Source: an uncultured Pseudomonadota bacterium
GTDB lineage: Bacteria > Oederibacteriota > Muellerivitia > Muellerivitales > Muellerivitaceae
Length of the DNA stretch: 64,000 bases
Direction of reading: 5' to 3'
Assembly: GCA_963770835.1 (NCBI GenBank)
Contig: CAVYRH010000005.1
Location: 1-64,000, forward strand
In this document: piece after piece, positions 27,705-37,387 of the stretch
How the letters are laid out: each line of letters opens with the position of its first letter
How positions within the stretch are numbered: the stretch's first letter is position 1
Program-made: the position numbers and the translations under genes
The notes under the pieces: generated by a model
Database searches by the model: none
What the model saw: only the letters and a program-made list of their open reading frames with translations
What the model was told of the DNA's origin: nothing

Positions 27705-29870
27705 TTGGCGTTGGTGAGCCCTTCTCCCCCATTGCCCGAGCGTAAGGTGGTTAAGTGGCTCGCCCTTGGCGGGATTGCTGCGGGTTTGCTTTTGGCCGGG
27801 AGCGGGGTTTGTATCCGCCAGTTGGCGGATGTACCCGCCTATTGGCTGGTGGCTTCCTGTATTTCGGCTTTTGCCTGGCTTTTTCTCCTTATTCGCCTCC
27901 GCGTTTTTTCCAAGTCCAATCGCCTTTTATTCCTTGTGGGGACGGTAGTTGGCTTTAACTTGCTGGCCCAAAGTACGGGAGGCGAGCAATCCCCCCTCAT
28001 TTTCGGGCTTTTTCTCCTCATGGGAATCGCGGCATGGGATGGAGAAGCCTTCTATGCCTTCCTCGTAGCCATCCTCTTTAGCGGATTGGAAGCTTCTCTT
28101 TATTTCCATAAGGGAGATACACCTCAAGGCCCCTCTCTCTATCTCCGTTGGGCTGCTTATTTGGTTTCGGCCGCCTTTTTGGCTCGAATTGTCAAAACTC
28201 GGCAGGAAAAAGAGCAGTTGAATTCCCGCCTGGAATCATTAAAAAACGATGCGGTCCAACTGGCGTCAGAAGCCGAACCTTCCTCTTTCAATGTCCACAA
28301 AGACAGGCTTTTAATGGAAGAAAGCCGCCTTTCCGCCCGGGTGGGCACCGTCATGGAATTGGAAGGGGTCCTAACCCGCCAATTGGAGCTTTTTCAGAAA
28401 TCCCTTCCGGTTAATACCGCCGTTTTTTTTCTTTTAACCTCCATTGAAGAAAAAAAGATACTACGTTTAAGGGCCGCTTCCAGTCTTTCACAGGACATTG
28501 CCTCGGATGTGACCTTGCTGCCGGGAGAGACCCTTGTGGGATTGTCAGCCAAGGAGGGGCGCCGGGTTCTTTTGAACGATATTGCACCTGAAAGCTCGAA
28601 AGCCCTTCCGTACTATTTGCGGCCCAATTCCATCGGTTCTTTCCTCGCCCAGCCTATTTTCTTGAAACCTCATCAGCTAGAGGAGAGCGCCGGTGAAGAA
28701 AGAGAATTGGCCGGGATTTTGGTTTTAGATCATGAAAAGCCAGATTATTTTCAGGAACGGGAATTGGCATTGATGGAACAATTCTCCGAAATGCTCGCCG
28801 ATACGATCCAAAACGCCAGGGTCATGCATTTTTCAAGGACAAAGACACGGAATCTTCACGCCCTTTATGAGGTTTCCAACTCTTTTTCCACACTGCTCGA
28901 CCTGGACCAGGTCTTGAAAACCGCCTTGGCCACGGCTAGGGAAATATCCTTATGCGACTCGGCCTATGTGGCCTTAACGGAGGGCGATGGTCGTAAGTTC
29001 AGCGTGAGGGCCTGGTGGGGGCACGCCAGTGTGGAAAAACCCTTGTATTTGGAAGAAGAGTTGGCCGCTTGGATTTGGGAAAACAAAAAGCCTATTCGAT
29101 ACACCCGAGGTCAAAGGGAAAAGGGCCTTATACCTATCGCAAAAAGAGAAGGAATGCTGGGTTCAACCCAATCTTTTCTTATGGTTCCCCTTCTGGCCGG
29201 GGAGGATATTTTGGGGGTCATTCGCCTCAATAGCCAAAAGTCCGCCGCCTACCAGGCTTATGACGAGGACATTTTGACAACTCTAGCCAACCAAACCGCC
29301 ATGGCCGTTGAAAACGCCTTGATGGTTCGTCAAATACGGGATATGGCCATTCGGGACGGCCTTACGGGGGTTTATAATCACCGCTATTTCCAAGAGAAAC
29401 TCGGGGAGGAGATCATCAAGGCTGAGCGTTATAACAAAGACTTGAGCTTAGCTTTGTTAGACGTGGATCATTTCAAAAAATTCAATGACAGTTATGGACA
29501 CCAGGAAGGCGATAAGGTTTTACGAGTCGTTGCCAATGTGATTCAAGGCACGATTCGTCATAAGATTGATACGGTAGCCCGGTACGGGGGGGAGGAGTTT
29601 GCGGTTATCCTTCCTGAATCCGATGGAAACTCAGGAAAAGAACTGGCTGAAAGGATAAGGAAAAACATCGAAAGCTATTTGTTTGAAAATGACAGCAAAA
29701 TACCTTATCGCGTAACCGTATCAATTGGCGTTGCCTCTTATCCTTTCGACGCCCGAGACCAAAAAGTTCTGATCCAATCAGCCGATCAGGCCCTCTATGA
29801 GGCCAAGAAGGCGGGACGGAATCGTGCGAAGCGATTTTCAACGGATGTAACTGGTCTTAAATCGCTCTAA
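27705..29870 (+). CDS. Membrane-anchored sensor diguanylate cyclase (TM segments, two GAF domains, GGDEF)
   Basis: About five N-terminal TM segments; two GAF-like segments (GETLVGL..K; SFLMVPLL....LGVI); DGLTGVYN, DVDHFKKFNDSYGH..GD, ARYGGEEF, ADQALYEAK..GRN. Confidence 0.92.
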   Translation: MALVSPSPPLPERKVVKWLALGGIAAGLLLAGSGVCIRQLADVPAYWLVASCISAFAWLFLLIRLRVFSKSNRLLFLVGTVVGFNLLAQSTGGEQSPLIFGLFLLMGIAAWDGEAFYAFLVAILFSGLEASLYFHKGDTPQGPSLYLRWAAYLVSAAFLARIVKTRQEKEQLNSRLESLKNDAVQLASEAEPSSFNVHKDRLLMEESRLSARVGTVMELEGVLTRQLELFQKSLPVNTAVFFLLTSIEEKKILRLRAASSLSQDIASDVTLLPGETLVGLSAKEGRRVLLNDIAPESSKALPYYLRPNSIGSFLAQPIFLKPHQLEESAGEERELAGILVLDHEKPDYFQERELALMEQFSEMLADTIQNARVMHFSRTKTRNLHALYEVSNSFSTLLDLDQVLKTALATAREISLCDSAYVALTEGDGRKFSVRAWWGHASVEKPLYLEEELAAWIWENKKPIRYTRGQREKGLIPIAKREGMLGSTQSFLMVPLLAGEDILGVIRLNSQKSAAYQAYDEDILTTLANQTAMAVENALMVRQIRDMAIRDGLTGVYNHRYFQEKLGEEIIKAERYNKDLSLALLDVDHFKKFNDSYGHQEGDKVLRVVANVIQGTIRHKIDTVARYGGEEFAVILPESDGNSGKELAERIRKNIESYLFENDSKIPYRVTVSIGVASYPFDARDQKVLIQSADQALYEAKKAGRNRAKRFSTDVTGLKSL

Positions 29871-30070
29871 ATTCATTAGGTTTTTTAGATTACGCAATAT
29901 ATTGTGGGTTCAAGTTAGGCCCCACTAAAAAATGTGGTGATTGCTAAAAAAATCACTTCATTATCCTCTGCACATCGCTTCTTTCTTTTCAACTGTTATC
30001 CCCTCCCTACAATACCGTTATCAGTTAGCTTAGTGCTGTATTGTCAACCTTCCTAAATAAAAGGGACGGC

Positions 30071-30331
30071 ATGATTTTAACGATCAAAGAAATGGCCGCA
30101 AGGCTCGGCGTCCACGAACAAACCCTCCGCAACTGGGAACGCCTGGGATTACTCAAAATTTCCCGCATTGGTGGCAACCGCACCCGTATCTACAGCGATA
30201 AAGACTTATTGCTTTGCAAAAAAATTGCTGGATTCTCTGACAGGGGAATAAACCTGCAGGGAATCAAAGTTCTACTGGCGCGCGAAAAAAACGAGAAACC
30301 GAAGCTGGTGGGAATAAACCACCGGCACTAA
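30071..30331 (+). CDS. Small MerR-family HTH regulator (HspR/GlnR-like)
   Basis: TIKEMAARLGVHEQTLRNWERLGLL...R.YS..DL...GINLQGIK; no effector domain. Confidence 0.85.
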   Translation: MILTIKEMAARLGVHEQTLRNWERLGLLKISRIGGNRTRIYSDKDLLLCKKIAGFSDRGINLQGIKVLLAREKNEKPKLVGINHRH

Positions 30332-30403
30332 GTGGGACAAAATTAAACCAAGGAGGATGTGCAAAAACGATTGGGAAATGACGGGTTTTGGGTTGGTTAT
30401 TCC

Positions 30404-30435
30404 TTGACAGAGAAAAAAGCTTTGTCATAATGACA
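30404..30435 (+). promoter_or_regulatory. Sigma70-type promoter of the flagellar operon with an overlapping palindrome
   Basis: TTGACA (30404-30409)-N16-CATAAT (30426-30431) with a TGn extension; palindrome TGTCAT-A-ATGACA at 30423-30435. Confidence 0.65.
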
Positions 30436-30572
30436 TTAATTTTTCGCCGCTGACGGAAATCCGAACCTTAGTTTCTTCAACGTCGCATCCAAGTTTCATT
30501 TGTGAAAAAATCATCTGCTTATTTCGTTTGGTCTTTTGCTAGGGATGAATTTCGCCCATTTGAGGAGAAATC

Positions 30573-30995
30573 GTGGTTAATCCAGTCGTCCCCATTGATC
30601 CCCTGATGGTTTTGCAAAAGAGCCTCGATTCCCTCGCGGTTCAACACGAGGCGGTGGTCAACAACTTAGCCAACCTCGATACACCGAACTTCAAGCGGTC
30701 CGTTGTTTCTTTTCAGGATAAACTACGAAACGCATTGGAAATCAACCCGCCCTCCGCCCTTTGGCGGACCAATCCAAAACATTTTCCCATTCCGCAGTCC
30801 GTTTCGTTAAATGACTTCAAGCCCGATGTCCGCGCGATCACGGAAACCATTGGAAGAAATGATGGAAACAATGTGGATTTGGAAATGGAATCGGGAATTT
30901 TGGCCGAGAACAACCTTCTTTATAACAGTCTTGCGGATGTCACGGGCCGCTATATGGCCATGTTGAAACACTCCATTTCGGAAGGACGGCAGTAA
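30573..30995 (+). CDS. flgB: Flagellar basal-body rod protein FlgB
   Basis: NNLANLDTPNFKR..V.F; RNDGNNVDLEME. Confidence 0.95.
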   Translation: MVNPVVPIDPLMVLQKSLDSLAVQHEAVVNNLANLDTPNFKRSVVSFQDKLRNALEINPPSALWRTNPKHFPIPQSVSLNDFKPDVRAITETIGRNDGNNVDLEMESGILAENNLLYNSLADVTGRYMAMLKHSISEGRQ

Positions 30996-30998
30996 TCC

Positions 30999-31454
30999 AT
31001 GGGAGCCCTTTCGGGAGTATTTGCGCCCTTCGCCATTTCGGCCTCTGCATTAACCGCGGAACGCCTGCGAATGGACGTGATTTCCAACAATATCGCCAAC
31101 GCCAATACCACGCGGACCATCGAGGGTGGGCCTTACGTGCGCCAACGTGTCGTTTTCGCCCCGCGGTTTGATGCAACTCCTGCTTTTGCCCCATTGATGG
31201 CCATGATGACTCCCGAAGGATTGCCGGTGGGAGTTCGGGTAGTGGGGATACAAAAAGATCCCTCGCCTCCACGGATGGTTTATGATCCTGGTCATCCGGA
31301 TGCCAATGCCGAGGGTTACGTGGCTTACCCGAATGTGAATACGGTAAACGAAATGGTTGATATGATATCGGCCACGCGGGCCTATGAAGCGAATATTACG
31401 GCTTTTAACGCCACGAAATCCATGGCCTTGCAAGCCCTTTCGATTGGAAAATAA
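30999..31454 (+). CDS. flgC: Flagellar basal-body rod protein FlgC
   Basis: RMDVISNNIANANTTR; YDPGHPDAN.EGYV.YPNVN; RAYEAN. Confidence 0.97.
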   Translation: MGALSGVFAPFAISASALTAERLRMDVISNNIANANTTRTIEGGPYVRQRVVFAPRFDATPAFAPLMAMMTPEGLPVGVRVVGIQKDPSPPRMVYDPGHPDANAEGYVAYPNVNTVNEMVDMISATRAYEANITAFNATKSMALQALSIGK

Positions 31455-31493
31455 TTTCTAGAAGCTTTCAGAAAATCGTTTAAAGGTTGAGTT

Positions 31494-31820
31494 ATGGAAA
31501 TCCAGCCTATCCAAATGCCTATCTCTTTGACTCAAGGGCCCATTGTGCCGATTGAGCCGATTTCAATTGAGGCTGCCCAGAACGCCGCCGAAGTCTCGCC
31601 TTCCAGTTTTAAGGATTTGCTGAAAAAAGCCGTGGGGGATTTGAACGCCAGCCAAATCGGGGCTAATGACGCCATTCAAAACCTCGCCACCGGTGGTGAA
31701 GACAACTTACACGATGTAATCATTGCCATGGAAAAAGCCAACATGACTCTGCAGTATGCTATTCAGATTCGTAATAAAGTTTTAGAAGCTTACCAATCCA
31801 TTATTCAAATGCAGATCTGA
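31494..31820 (+). CDS. fliE: Flagellar hook-basal body protein FliE
   Basis: LHDVIIAMEKA...QIRNKVLEAYQSIIQMQI. Confidence 0.95.
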   Translation: MEIQPIQMPISLTQGPIVPIEPISIEAAQNAAEVSPSSFKDLLKKAVGDLNASQIGANDAIQNLATGGEDNLHDVIIAMEKANMTLQYAIQIRNKVLEAYQSIIQMQI

Positions 31821-31864
31821 GCCGACCTGGGACGGGGTTTTGATTTCGTAATGCGAGGGAAAGT

Positions 31865-33514
31865 TTGAAAGACTTTTTCCAACAACTGATCCAGCAGTTT
31901 AAGGAAGTTTGGGGCCGGTTTAATCGGACTCAAAAGATCCTTTTGATTGCCATTCCTTTGGCCCTTTTCTTGGGTTTAATGGCATTTATCCTCGTTTCCT
32001 CCCAATCCAAATATGAAGTCCTTTATTCCCGCTTAGAGGAAAGGGACGCGGCAGAGGTCACCACCGAATTAAAAAAAGAAAACATCCCTTACCAAGTGAG
32101 GGGTAGGGACAACCTCATCATGATTTTGGTTCCTTCCGAGAAGGTTTATGACACCCGGCTGACCCTGGCGGGACAGGGGCTTCCCCGTGGGACGGGGGTC
32201 GGTTATGAGATTTTCGACGAACCCAAATGGGGCTCCACTGATTTCACCCAAAAAGTAAACTATAAGAGGGCTCTGGAAGGGGAACTTCAACGAACTATTG
32301 GTAGTCTCCAGCAAATCGAAAGCGCACGTATCAACATCGTTATGCCGGAGCCGGAGCTTTTTACTGATAAAGAAAAGCCAACCACGGCTTCTGTCGTGCT
32401 GGATTTAAAACCGGATGCTCAACTGAAAAAAGAGCAGGTCCGGGGGATTGTCCATTTGGTTTCCGCCAGTGTGGAGGGCTTGAAACCTGAAAACGTTAAT
32501 GTGATCGACAGCAAAGGCAATATCCTTTCTGCTTTCATCGAAGAGGAGCAACAAGAGAACAATCCGGACAATCCCGACGGCAGCACCCTCACCCAACAGG
32601 CCAAACTCGCCCTCCATCAGATGGAGGTTCAGCAGAGTTATGAAAAGGACCTGGAAGGCAAAATCACGGCCATGTTGAGCAAGGTGTTGGAAGGAAACAG
32701 CCATTTTTCCGTGAAAGTTTCCGCCGAATTGAATTTTGACAAGACGGAAAGCGATTCGGAGACATTTGAGCCAGTGGTGGATGGCCAGGGTATTGCCCGT
32801 TCCCAACAAACAAAGCGGGAACAATACGTGGGAGATGGTGGTTTCCCCGCTTCCATGGTGGGGGGGGTTCCGGGAACCGACTCCAACATACCGGGTTATC
32901 AAGCTGTTGCTGGGAACAATGCTCAATACTCCAAGGAAGAAACGACCACGAATTTTGAGATTAACCGCACGGTGAAGCACGCGGTGGTGGCGCCTGGCGC
33001 GCCCAAACGGGTTTCGGTGGGTGTGTTTGTTGACAACCTCCAACCCCAACAGGTGGAAGCCATCAAGGCTGTAGTGACGGCGGCGGCGGGATTGGATTTA
33101 AACCGGGGTGATCAGGTGGACGTGGAAAACATGCCCTTTGACAACACCCGGGCCTTAGCGACTTTAAAGCAGGAGGCCAAAATGGAGCAGTGGGATATGA
33201 ACAAAACCATCCTCTGGATGGGAGTCCTAGTTTTGTTAGCCTTTGGGGTTTTGCTCTTCCTTCGGTCCCTTTTAAAGCCTAAGAAAGAAAAGCAGTATAT
33301 CGAAACACTTGAAGATGCCCCCGAGGAACCGGTCATGATGCCGCAGGTGGAAGACATCATTACCACGGATGTGACGGCGGAGGACTTGGCGCGGGCCGAA
33401 GCGGCCCGGGATGCCAAGAAGCGCGAGGCAGTGCGTAAAGAAGTCTTCGATATGGCGAACAAGAATCCTGAGAATATCGCTCAAATCATCAAGAAATGGC
33501 TCTCTGAGGAGTAG
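31865..33514 (+). CDS. fliF: MS-ring protein FliF
   Basis: GYEIFD...F..KVNYKRALEGELQRTI; ASVEGLKPENV.VID; two TM segments; NPE..AQIIKKWL. Confidence 0.96.
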   Translation: MKDFFQQLIQQFKEVWGRFNRTQKILLIAIPLALFLGLMAFILVSSQSKYEVLYSRLEERDAAEVTTELKKENIPYQVRGRDNLIMILVPSEKVYDTRLTLAGQGLPRGTGVGYEIFDEPKWGSTDFTQKVNYKRALEGELQRTIGSLQQIESARINIVMPEPELFTDKEKPTTASVVLDLKPDAQLKKEQVRGIVHLVSASVEGLKPENVNVIDSKGNILSAFIEEEQQENNPDNPDGSTLTQQAKLALHQMEVQQSYEKDLEGKITAMLSKVLEGNSHFSVKVSAELNFDKTESDSETFEPVVDGQGIARSQQTKREQYVGDGGFPASMVGGVPGTDSNIPGYQAVAGNNAQYSKEETTTNFEINRTVKHAVVAPGAPKRVSVGVFVDNLQPQQVEAIKAVVTAAAGLDLNRGDQVDVENMPFDNTRALATLKQEAKMEQWDMNKTILWMGVLVLLAFGVLLFLRSLLKPKKEKQYIETLEDAPEEPVMMPQVEDIITTDVTAEDLARAEAARDAKKREAVRKEVFDMANKNPENIAQIIKKWLSEE

Positions 33515-33518
33515 GTTC

Positions 33519-34538
33519 ATGGCGGAAGGCAAAAAGAAAGCTGCTTTAACGGGTGAACAAAAAGCCGCGGCCCTACTTATTTCCCTGGGGCCGGAGCTTG
33601 CGGCCAAGATTTACCAGCATCTGAAGGAAGAGACGGTCGAACAGGTCACCCTACAGATTGCCAATTTAAGGAAGATTACCCCCGACGAAAAAGATTCGGT
33701 GATGCAGGAAGTTCTCAACATCGCCGCCGCGCAAGAATACATCTCCCAGGGTGGCGTGGAATACGCCCACGAGATCCTTGAAAAAGCCTTGGGTGCCAAC
33801 AAGGCCATGGAGATCATCAACCGCCTGCAGGGTTCCCTGCAGATGACGCCTTTTGACTACATCAAGCGGACCGATCCCCAGCAACTTTTGAACTTCATCC
33901 AGTCCGAGCACCCTCAGACCATCGCCTTGATTCTAGCCCATTTGACGCCGGACCATGCGGCCACCATCTTGGGGGCCTTGCCGACGGATATCCAGGTGGA
34001 TGTGGCAACTCGCATCGCCATTTTGGATCGCGCCGCGCCGGATGTGGTTATGGAAATCGAACGGGTTTTGGAGCGTCGTATTTCCTCCATCTTTACCCAG
34101 GAATTCACGGCCGCAGGCGGCGTAAGGTCCCTGGCTGAGGTCCTCAACCGCGCGGATCGTTCCACGGAAAAGGCCATCATGGAAAAATTGGAAGAGGTCA
34201 ATCCCGAACTGGCCGAGGAAGTCAAACGCCTCATGTTCGTCTTTGATGACTTGGTGGCCCTGGACAACCGCACGATCCAGCAAATATTGCGCGAGGTGGA
34301 CGCCAAGGACTTGGCCTTAGCCTTGAAGGGAGCCAAGGAAGAGGTGAAGGAACATCTTTTAAAGAACATGTCGAGCCGCGCTAAGGCCATGATTCAGGAA
34401 GACATGGACGTAATGGGTCCGGTGCGTTTAAAACACGCGGAAGAAGCGCAACAAAAAATTATCAATGTCGTCCGGCAGCTTGAGGAAATGGGCGAGATCG
34501 TCGTCGCTCGTGGCGGCGAAGAAGAAGTCATGATTTGA
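33519..34538 (+). CDS. fliG: Motor switch protein FliG
   Basis: KAAALLISLG; GGVEYA; EHPQTIALIL; MFVFDDL; NMSSRA; ATG 33519 chosen just after the fliF stop. Confidence 0.97.
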   Translation: MAEGKKKAALTGEQKAAALLISLGPELAAKIYQHLKEETVEQVTLQIANLRKITPDEKDSVMQEVLNIAAAQEYISQGGVEYAHEILEKALGANKAMEIINRLQGSLQMTPFDYIKRTDPQQLLNFIQSEHPQTIALILAHLTPDHAATILGALPTDIQVDVATRIAILDRAAPDVVMEIERVLERRISSIFTQEFTAAGGVRSLAEVLNRADRSTEKAIMEKLEEVNPELAEEVKRLMFVFDDLVALDNRTIQQILREVDAKDLALALKGAKEEVKEHLLKNMSSRAKAMIQEDMDVMGPVRLKHAEEAQQKIINVVRQLEEMGEIVVARGGEEEVMI

Positions 34539-34605
34539 TTTCGGTTGCTGCTTTTCGGCTTAGCTAACAGGCAACAGATAGTTGACGTTACGGGATGGGG
34601 ACAAA

Positions 34606-35547
34606 ATGAGTCGTGAGGTTCTTTCAAGCCGGGATTACCAATATTCACCCCAAGGGTATCTGGTCGACAACGCCCCTTGGCAGGAGGAAATCAAAAAAAA
34701 GATTGCGGAAGAGTTCCAAAAGAGGATTACGGAACCCCGCCCAACGTTGGATACGGACGAGTTCCAGCCTTTTTTTCTTCCGGAAAATCCGGAAGCTGCC
34801 GAGGTGACCGAGGCGGTTAAACCAGTCGAACCGTCGAGGGAAGAAATTGAGGAAAAAGCGAAAGTTGAAGCCGAGGAAAAAGCCAAAGCTATTGAACAGG
34901 CCGCCCGGAAAAACGCATTTGAAATTGTCGAACAGGCCCGTTGGGAAGCCAATGACCTGATTGTTAAAGCGAAAGAAGAGGCTGAAAAGGAAATCCAAGG
35001 CCTGAGGGAAACTGCCGCGGAAGAAGGCCGAAAACAGGGCCAGGAAAAGGGACGAGTCGAAGGACTCGAAAAGGGCCGCGATGAAGGCCGTCAATCTTAC
35101 GCTGATGCCATTAAGAAATGGAGTGGCATGGCAGAGGAGGCGGTCGCTGAACGGAAACGGCTTCTGGGTGAATTGCAGCCGATTCTAGTGGAATTGGTCG
35201 GGGAGGCGCTCCATCGGTGCCTGCAAAAGGAAGCGAAGCGTCATCACCAAATGGTATTGGATCTCGCCCAAGAGGTGATCAAAAAAGCCCAGGACCGGGT
35301 TCACTTAAAATTGCATCTGAACCCGGAAGACGTGGAGGAAGTAGAAGCCCAGCGAGAACAATTGCAGTTATCGGTGGGCGCGGGAGAATTGGAAATTGTT
35401 CCCGATGCCCGGATCGAGCGGGGTGGATGCGTTTTGGAAACCGAGGCTGGCTCAGTGGATGCCCGCCTGTCAACAGTGGTGGATCAAGTAAAGGAATCGT
35501 TGGGCATGTCGCTTAAGCAAAGCAGTCAGGGACCGGAGAAAAAATGA
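34606..35547 (+). CDS. fliH: Flagellar assembly protein FliH
   Basis: GxxxG repeats (GRKQGQEKGRVEGLEKGRDEG); LNPED; D..IERGGC.LETE.GSVDARL. Confidence 0.93.
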   Translation: MSREVLSSRDYQYSPQGYLVDNAPWQEEIKKKIAEEFQKRITEPRPTLDTDEFQPFFLPENPEAAEVTEAVKPVEPSREEIEEKAKVEAEEKAKAIEQAARKNAFEIVEQARWEANDLIVKAKEEAEKEIQGLRETAAEEGRKQGQEKGRVEGLEKGRDEGRQSYADAIKKWSGMAEEAVAERKRLLGELQPILVELVGEALHRCLQKEAKRHHQMVLDLAQEVIKKAQDRVHLKLHLNPEDVEEVEAQREQLQLSVGAGELEIVPDARIERGGCVLETEAGSVDARLSTVVDQVKESLGMSLKQSSQGPEKK

Positions 35548-36884
35548 ATCCAGTATTAAATGACATTCTTCCCCCGATTGAGGATTTAAAAAAAAGGCTG
35601 CAAAACGTCGATATCACCCGGGTCAACGGCCGGGTGGAGCAAGTGGTGGGATTGGTGATTGAATCTTCCGGGCCAACGGCTTCCGTGGGGGAGGCTTGTT
35701 GGGTCACCGCCGCCGATGGAACGGGCGAGCCGGTCTTGGCGGAAGTGGTTGGATTCCGGCAACACAGGGTTTTATTGATGCCCTTGGGTGAAATGAGGGG
35801 TCTGGGTCCTGGCAGCGAGGTGGTGCGCACAGGGCAGCCATTTAAGGTGGCGGTGGGGAATTCATTGCTGGGTCGTGTGATCGACGCTATGGGAAAACCA
35901 TTGGACGGGAAGGGGGCCCTGGGGCCCACTCAGGAGAATTATCCCATCCACCGGGAGCCGCCGCCTGCCATGGAGCGCCGCCGCATCGCTATGCCGGTGG
36001 CGACGGGAGTTCGGGCGATTGACGCACTTTTGACCTTGGGGGAAGGACAGAGGTTGGGTATCTTCGCCGGTTCGGGCGTTGGAAAGAGCACGCTGTTGGG
36101 AATGATTGCCCGCAACACAGAAGCTGATATCAATGTCATCGCGCTGGTAGGTGAGCGTGGAAGGGAAGTTAGAGACTTTTTGGAAAGGGATTTGGGGGAA
36201 AAGGGGTTAAAACGAAGTGTGGTGGTGGTGGCGACTTCCGACCAGCCCTCCCTTATCCGAATTCAGGCGGCTTTGGTGGCGACGGCAGTGGCCGAGTATT
36301 TCCGGGACCAGGGCAAACGCGTGATGTTGATGATGGATTCCATCACTCGTTTTGCCATGGCCCAACGGGAAGTGGGGCTGGCCATTGGCGAGCCGCCCAC
36401 TACGAAAGGTTATACGCCATCGGTTTTTGCACTTTTGCCCAAGCTTTTGGAAAGGGCAGGAACAACGGCCCATCAGGGGAGCATCACAGGGCTTTATACG
36501 ATCCTGGTGGAAGCGGACGACATGAATGAGCCTGTGGCCGACGCTTGCCGGGCGATTTTGGACGGACATGTGGTTTTGTCCCGGGAATTGGCTTCCCAAA
36601 ACCACTATCCGGCTATTGACGTGTTAAATAGTGTGTCTCGCGTTATGCGGGATATTGCAGGAACCGAACAGATGGAAGCTGCGGCCCGCATTCGCTCCAT
36701 TTTGGCGACTTATAAGAGTGCGGAAGACCTGATTTCGATAGGGGCTTACGTGAAAGGAAGCAATCCTAAGGTGGATGAGGCTCTGAGGCGTTTGGAAGCC
36801 GTCCAAAATTTTCTCCGGCAACAACGCGAGGAAACCGCCGCATGGAACGATACGCTTCAAAAAATGAAGACCTTTTTAAGCTAG
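35544..36884 (+). CDS. fliI: Flagellar export ATPase FliI
   Basis: AGSGVGKST; GERGREV; DSITRFAMAQRE; DGHVVLSR. Confidence 0.97.
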   Translation: MNPVLNDILPPIEDLKKRLQNVDITRVNGRVEQVVGLVIESSGPTASVGEACWVTAADGTGEPVLAEVVGFRQHRVLLMPLGEMRGLGPGSEVVRTGQPFKVAVGNSLLGRVIDAMGKPLDGKGALGPTQENYPIHREPPPAMERRRIAMPVATGVRAIDALLTLGEGQRLGIFAGSGVGKSTLLGMIARNTEADINVIALVGERGREVRDFLERDLGEKGLKRSVVVVATSDQPSLIRIQAALVATAVAEYFRDQGKRVMLMMDSITRFAMAQREVGLAIGEPPTTKGYTPSVFALLPKLLERAGTTAHQGSITGLYTILVEADDMNEPVADACRAILDGHVVLSRELASQNHYPAIDVLNSVSRVMRDIAGTEQMEAAARIRSILATYKSAEDLISIGAYVKGSNPKVDEALRRLEAVQNFLRQQREETAAWNDTLQKMKTFLS

Positions 36885-36891
36885 GGGAAAC

Positions 36892-37383
36892 ATGGCAAGA
36901 CGGTTTCAGTTCCGTTTAGGACAAGTTTTAAATCTTCGCAAGCAAGTGGAAGAACTGCGAATAAGGGAACTGGCCCAGGCCAAAGGGGAGCTTTTAAAGA
37001 TTGAGGATTCCTTGAAGGCACATGCCGAAGAAGAACGAGCTTTTTTGGGACGGTATGGGGATTTTGAAAAAAACGGAGCCTTTAACGCCGACGATGTCAT
37101 GGCTTACTGCCAGTACAAGGATTGGCTTTTGAGGCGGGAAAAAGAATACCACCGACGTGAGCAGGAATGGATGAAGGAAGTGGAGCGGCGGCGGCAGACG
37201 GTCGTGAAGGCTTCCCGGGAGCGAAGACTTTTGGAAAACCTAAGGGAGAAACAACTCCGCGCTCATGCCCAGGAAGTTCTGGGAGAGGAACAGCGGTTTT
37301 TGGATGAAGTTTCGTCCATTGCTTTTGTTCGGAGGGCCAGAGCCCTTCAAATTGCGGATGTCCAGGAAAATTTAGGGAGGTGA
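36892..37383 (+). CDS. fliJ: Flagellar export chaperone FliJ
   Basis: FQFRL..VL.LR; coiled coil; LE.LREK...EQRFLDE; follows fliI. Confidence 0.88.
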   Translation: MARRFQFRLGQVLNLRKQVEELRIRELAQAKGELLKIEDSLKAHAEEERAFLGRYGDFEKNGAFNADDVMAYCQYKDWLLRREKEYHRREQEWMKEVERRRQTVVKASRERRLLENLREKQLRAHAQEVLGEEQRFLDEVSSIAFVRRARALQIADVQENLGR

Positions 37384-37387
37384 TATT

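Noticed and set aside
30350..30430. Short peptide after AAGGAGG
   Set aside because: The ATG and GTG are only 0-2 nt from the RBS-like motif, the ORFs are tiny, and the region overlaps the promoter.
30436..30572. c-di-GMP riboswitch in the flgB leader
   Set aside because: No GEMM-I signature (GGCAAA...GAAA...CGCAAAGC) or other convincing riboswitch structure was seen.
33411..33518. Extended N-termini given by the ORF track (fliG 33411; also fapA 51115, flgG 59289, 7598, 24537, 30041)
   Set aside because: They overlap upstream genes or non-coding structure; downstream ATGs fit RBS position and family N-termini better.
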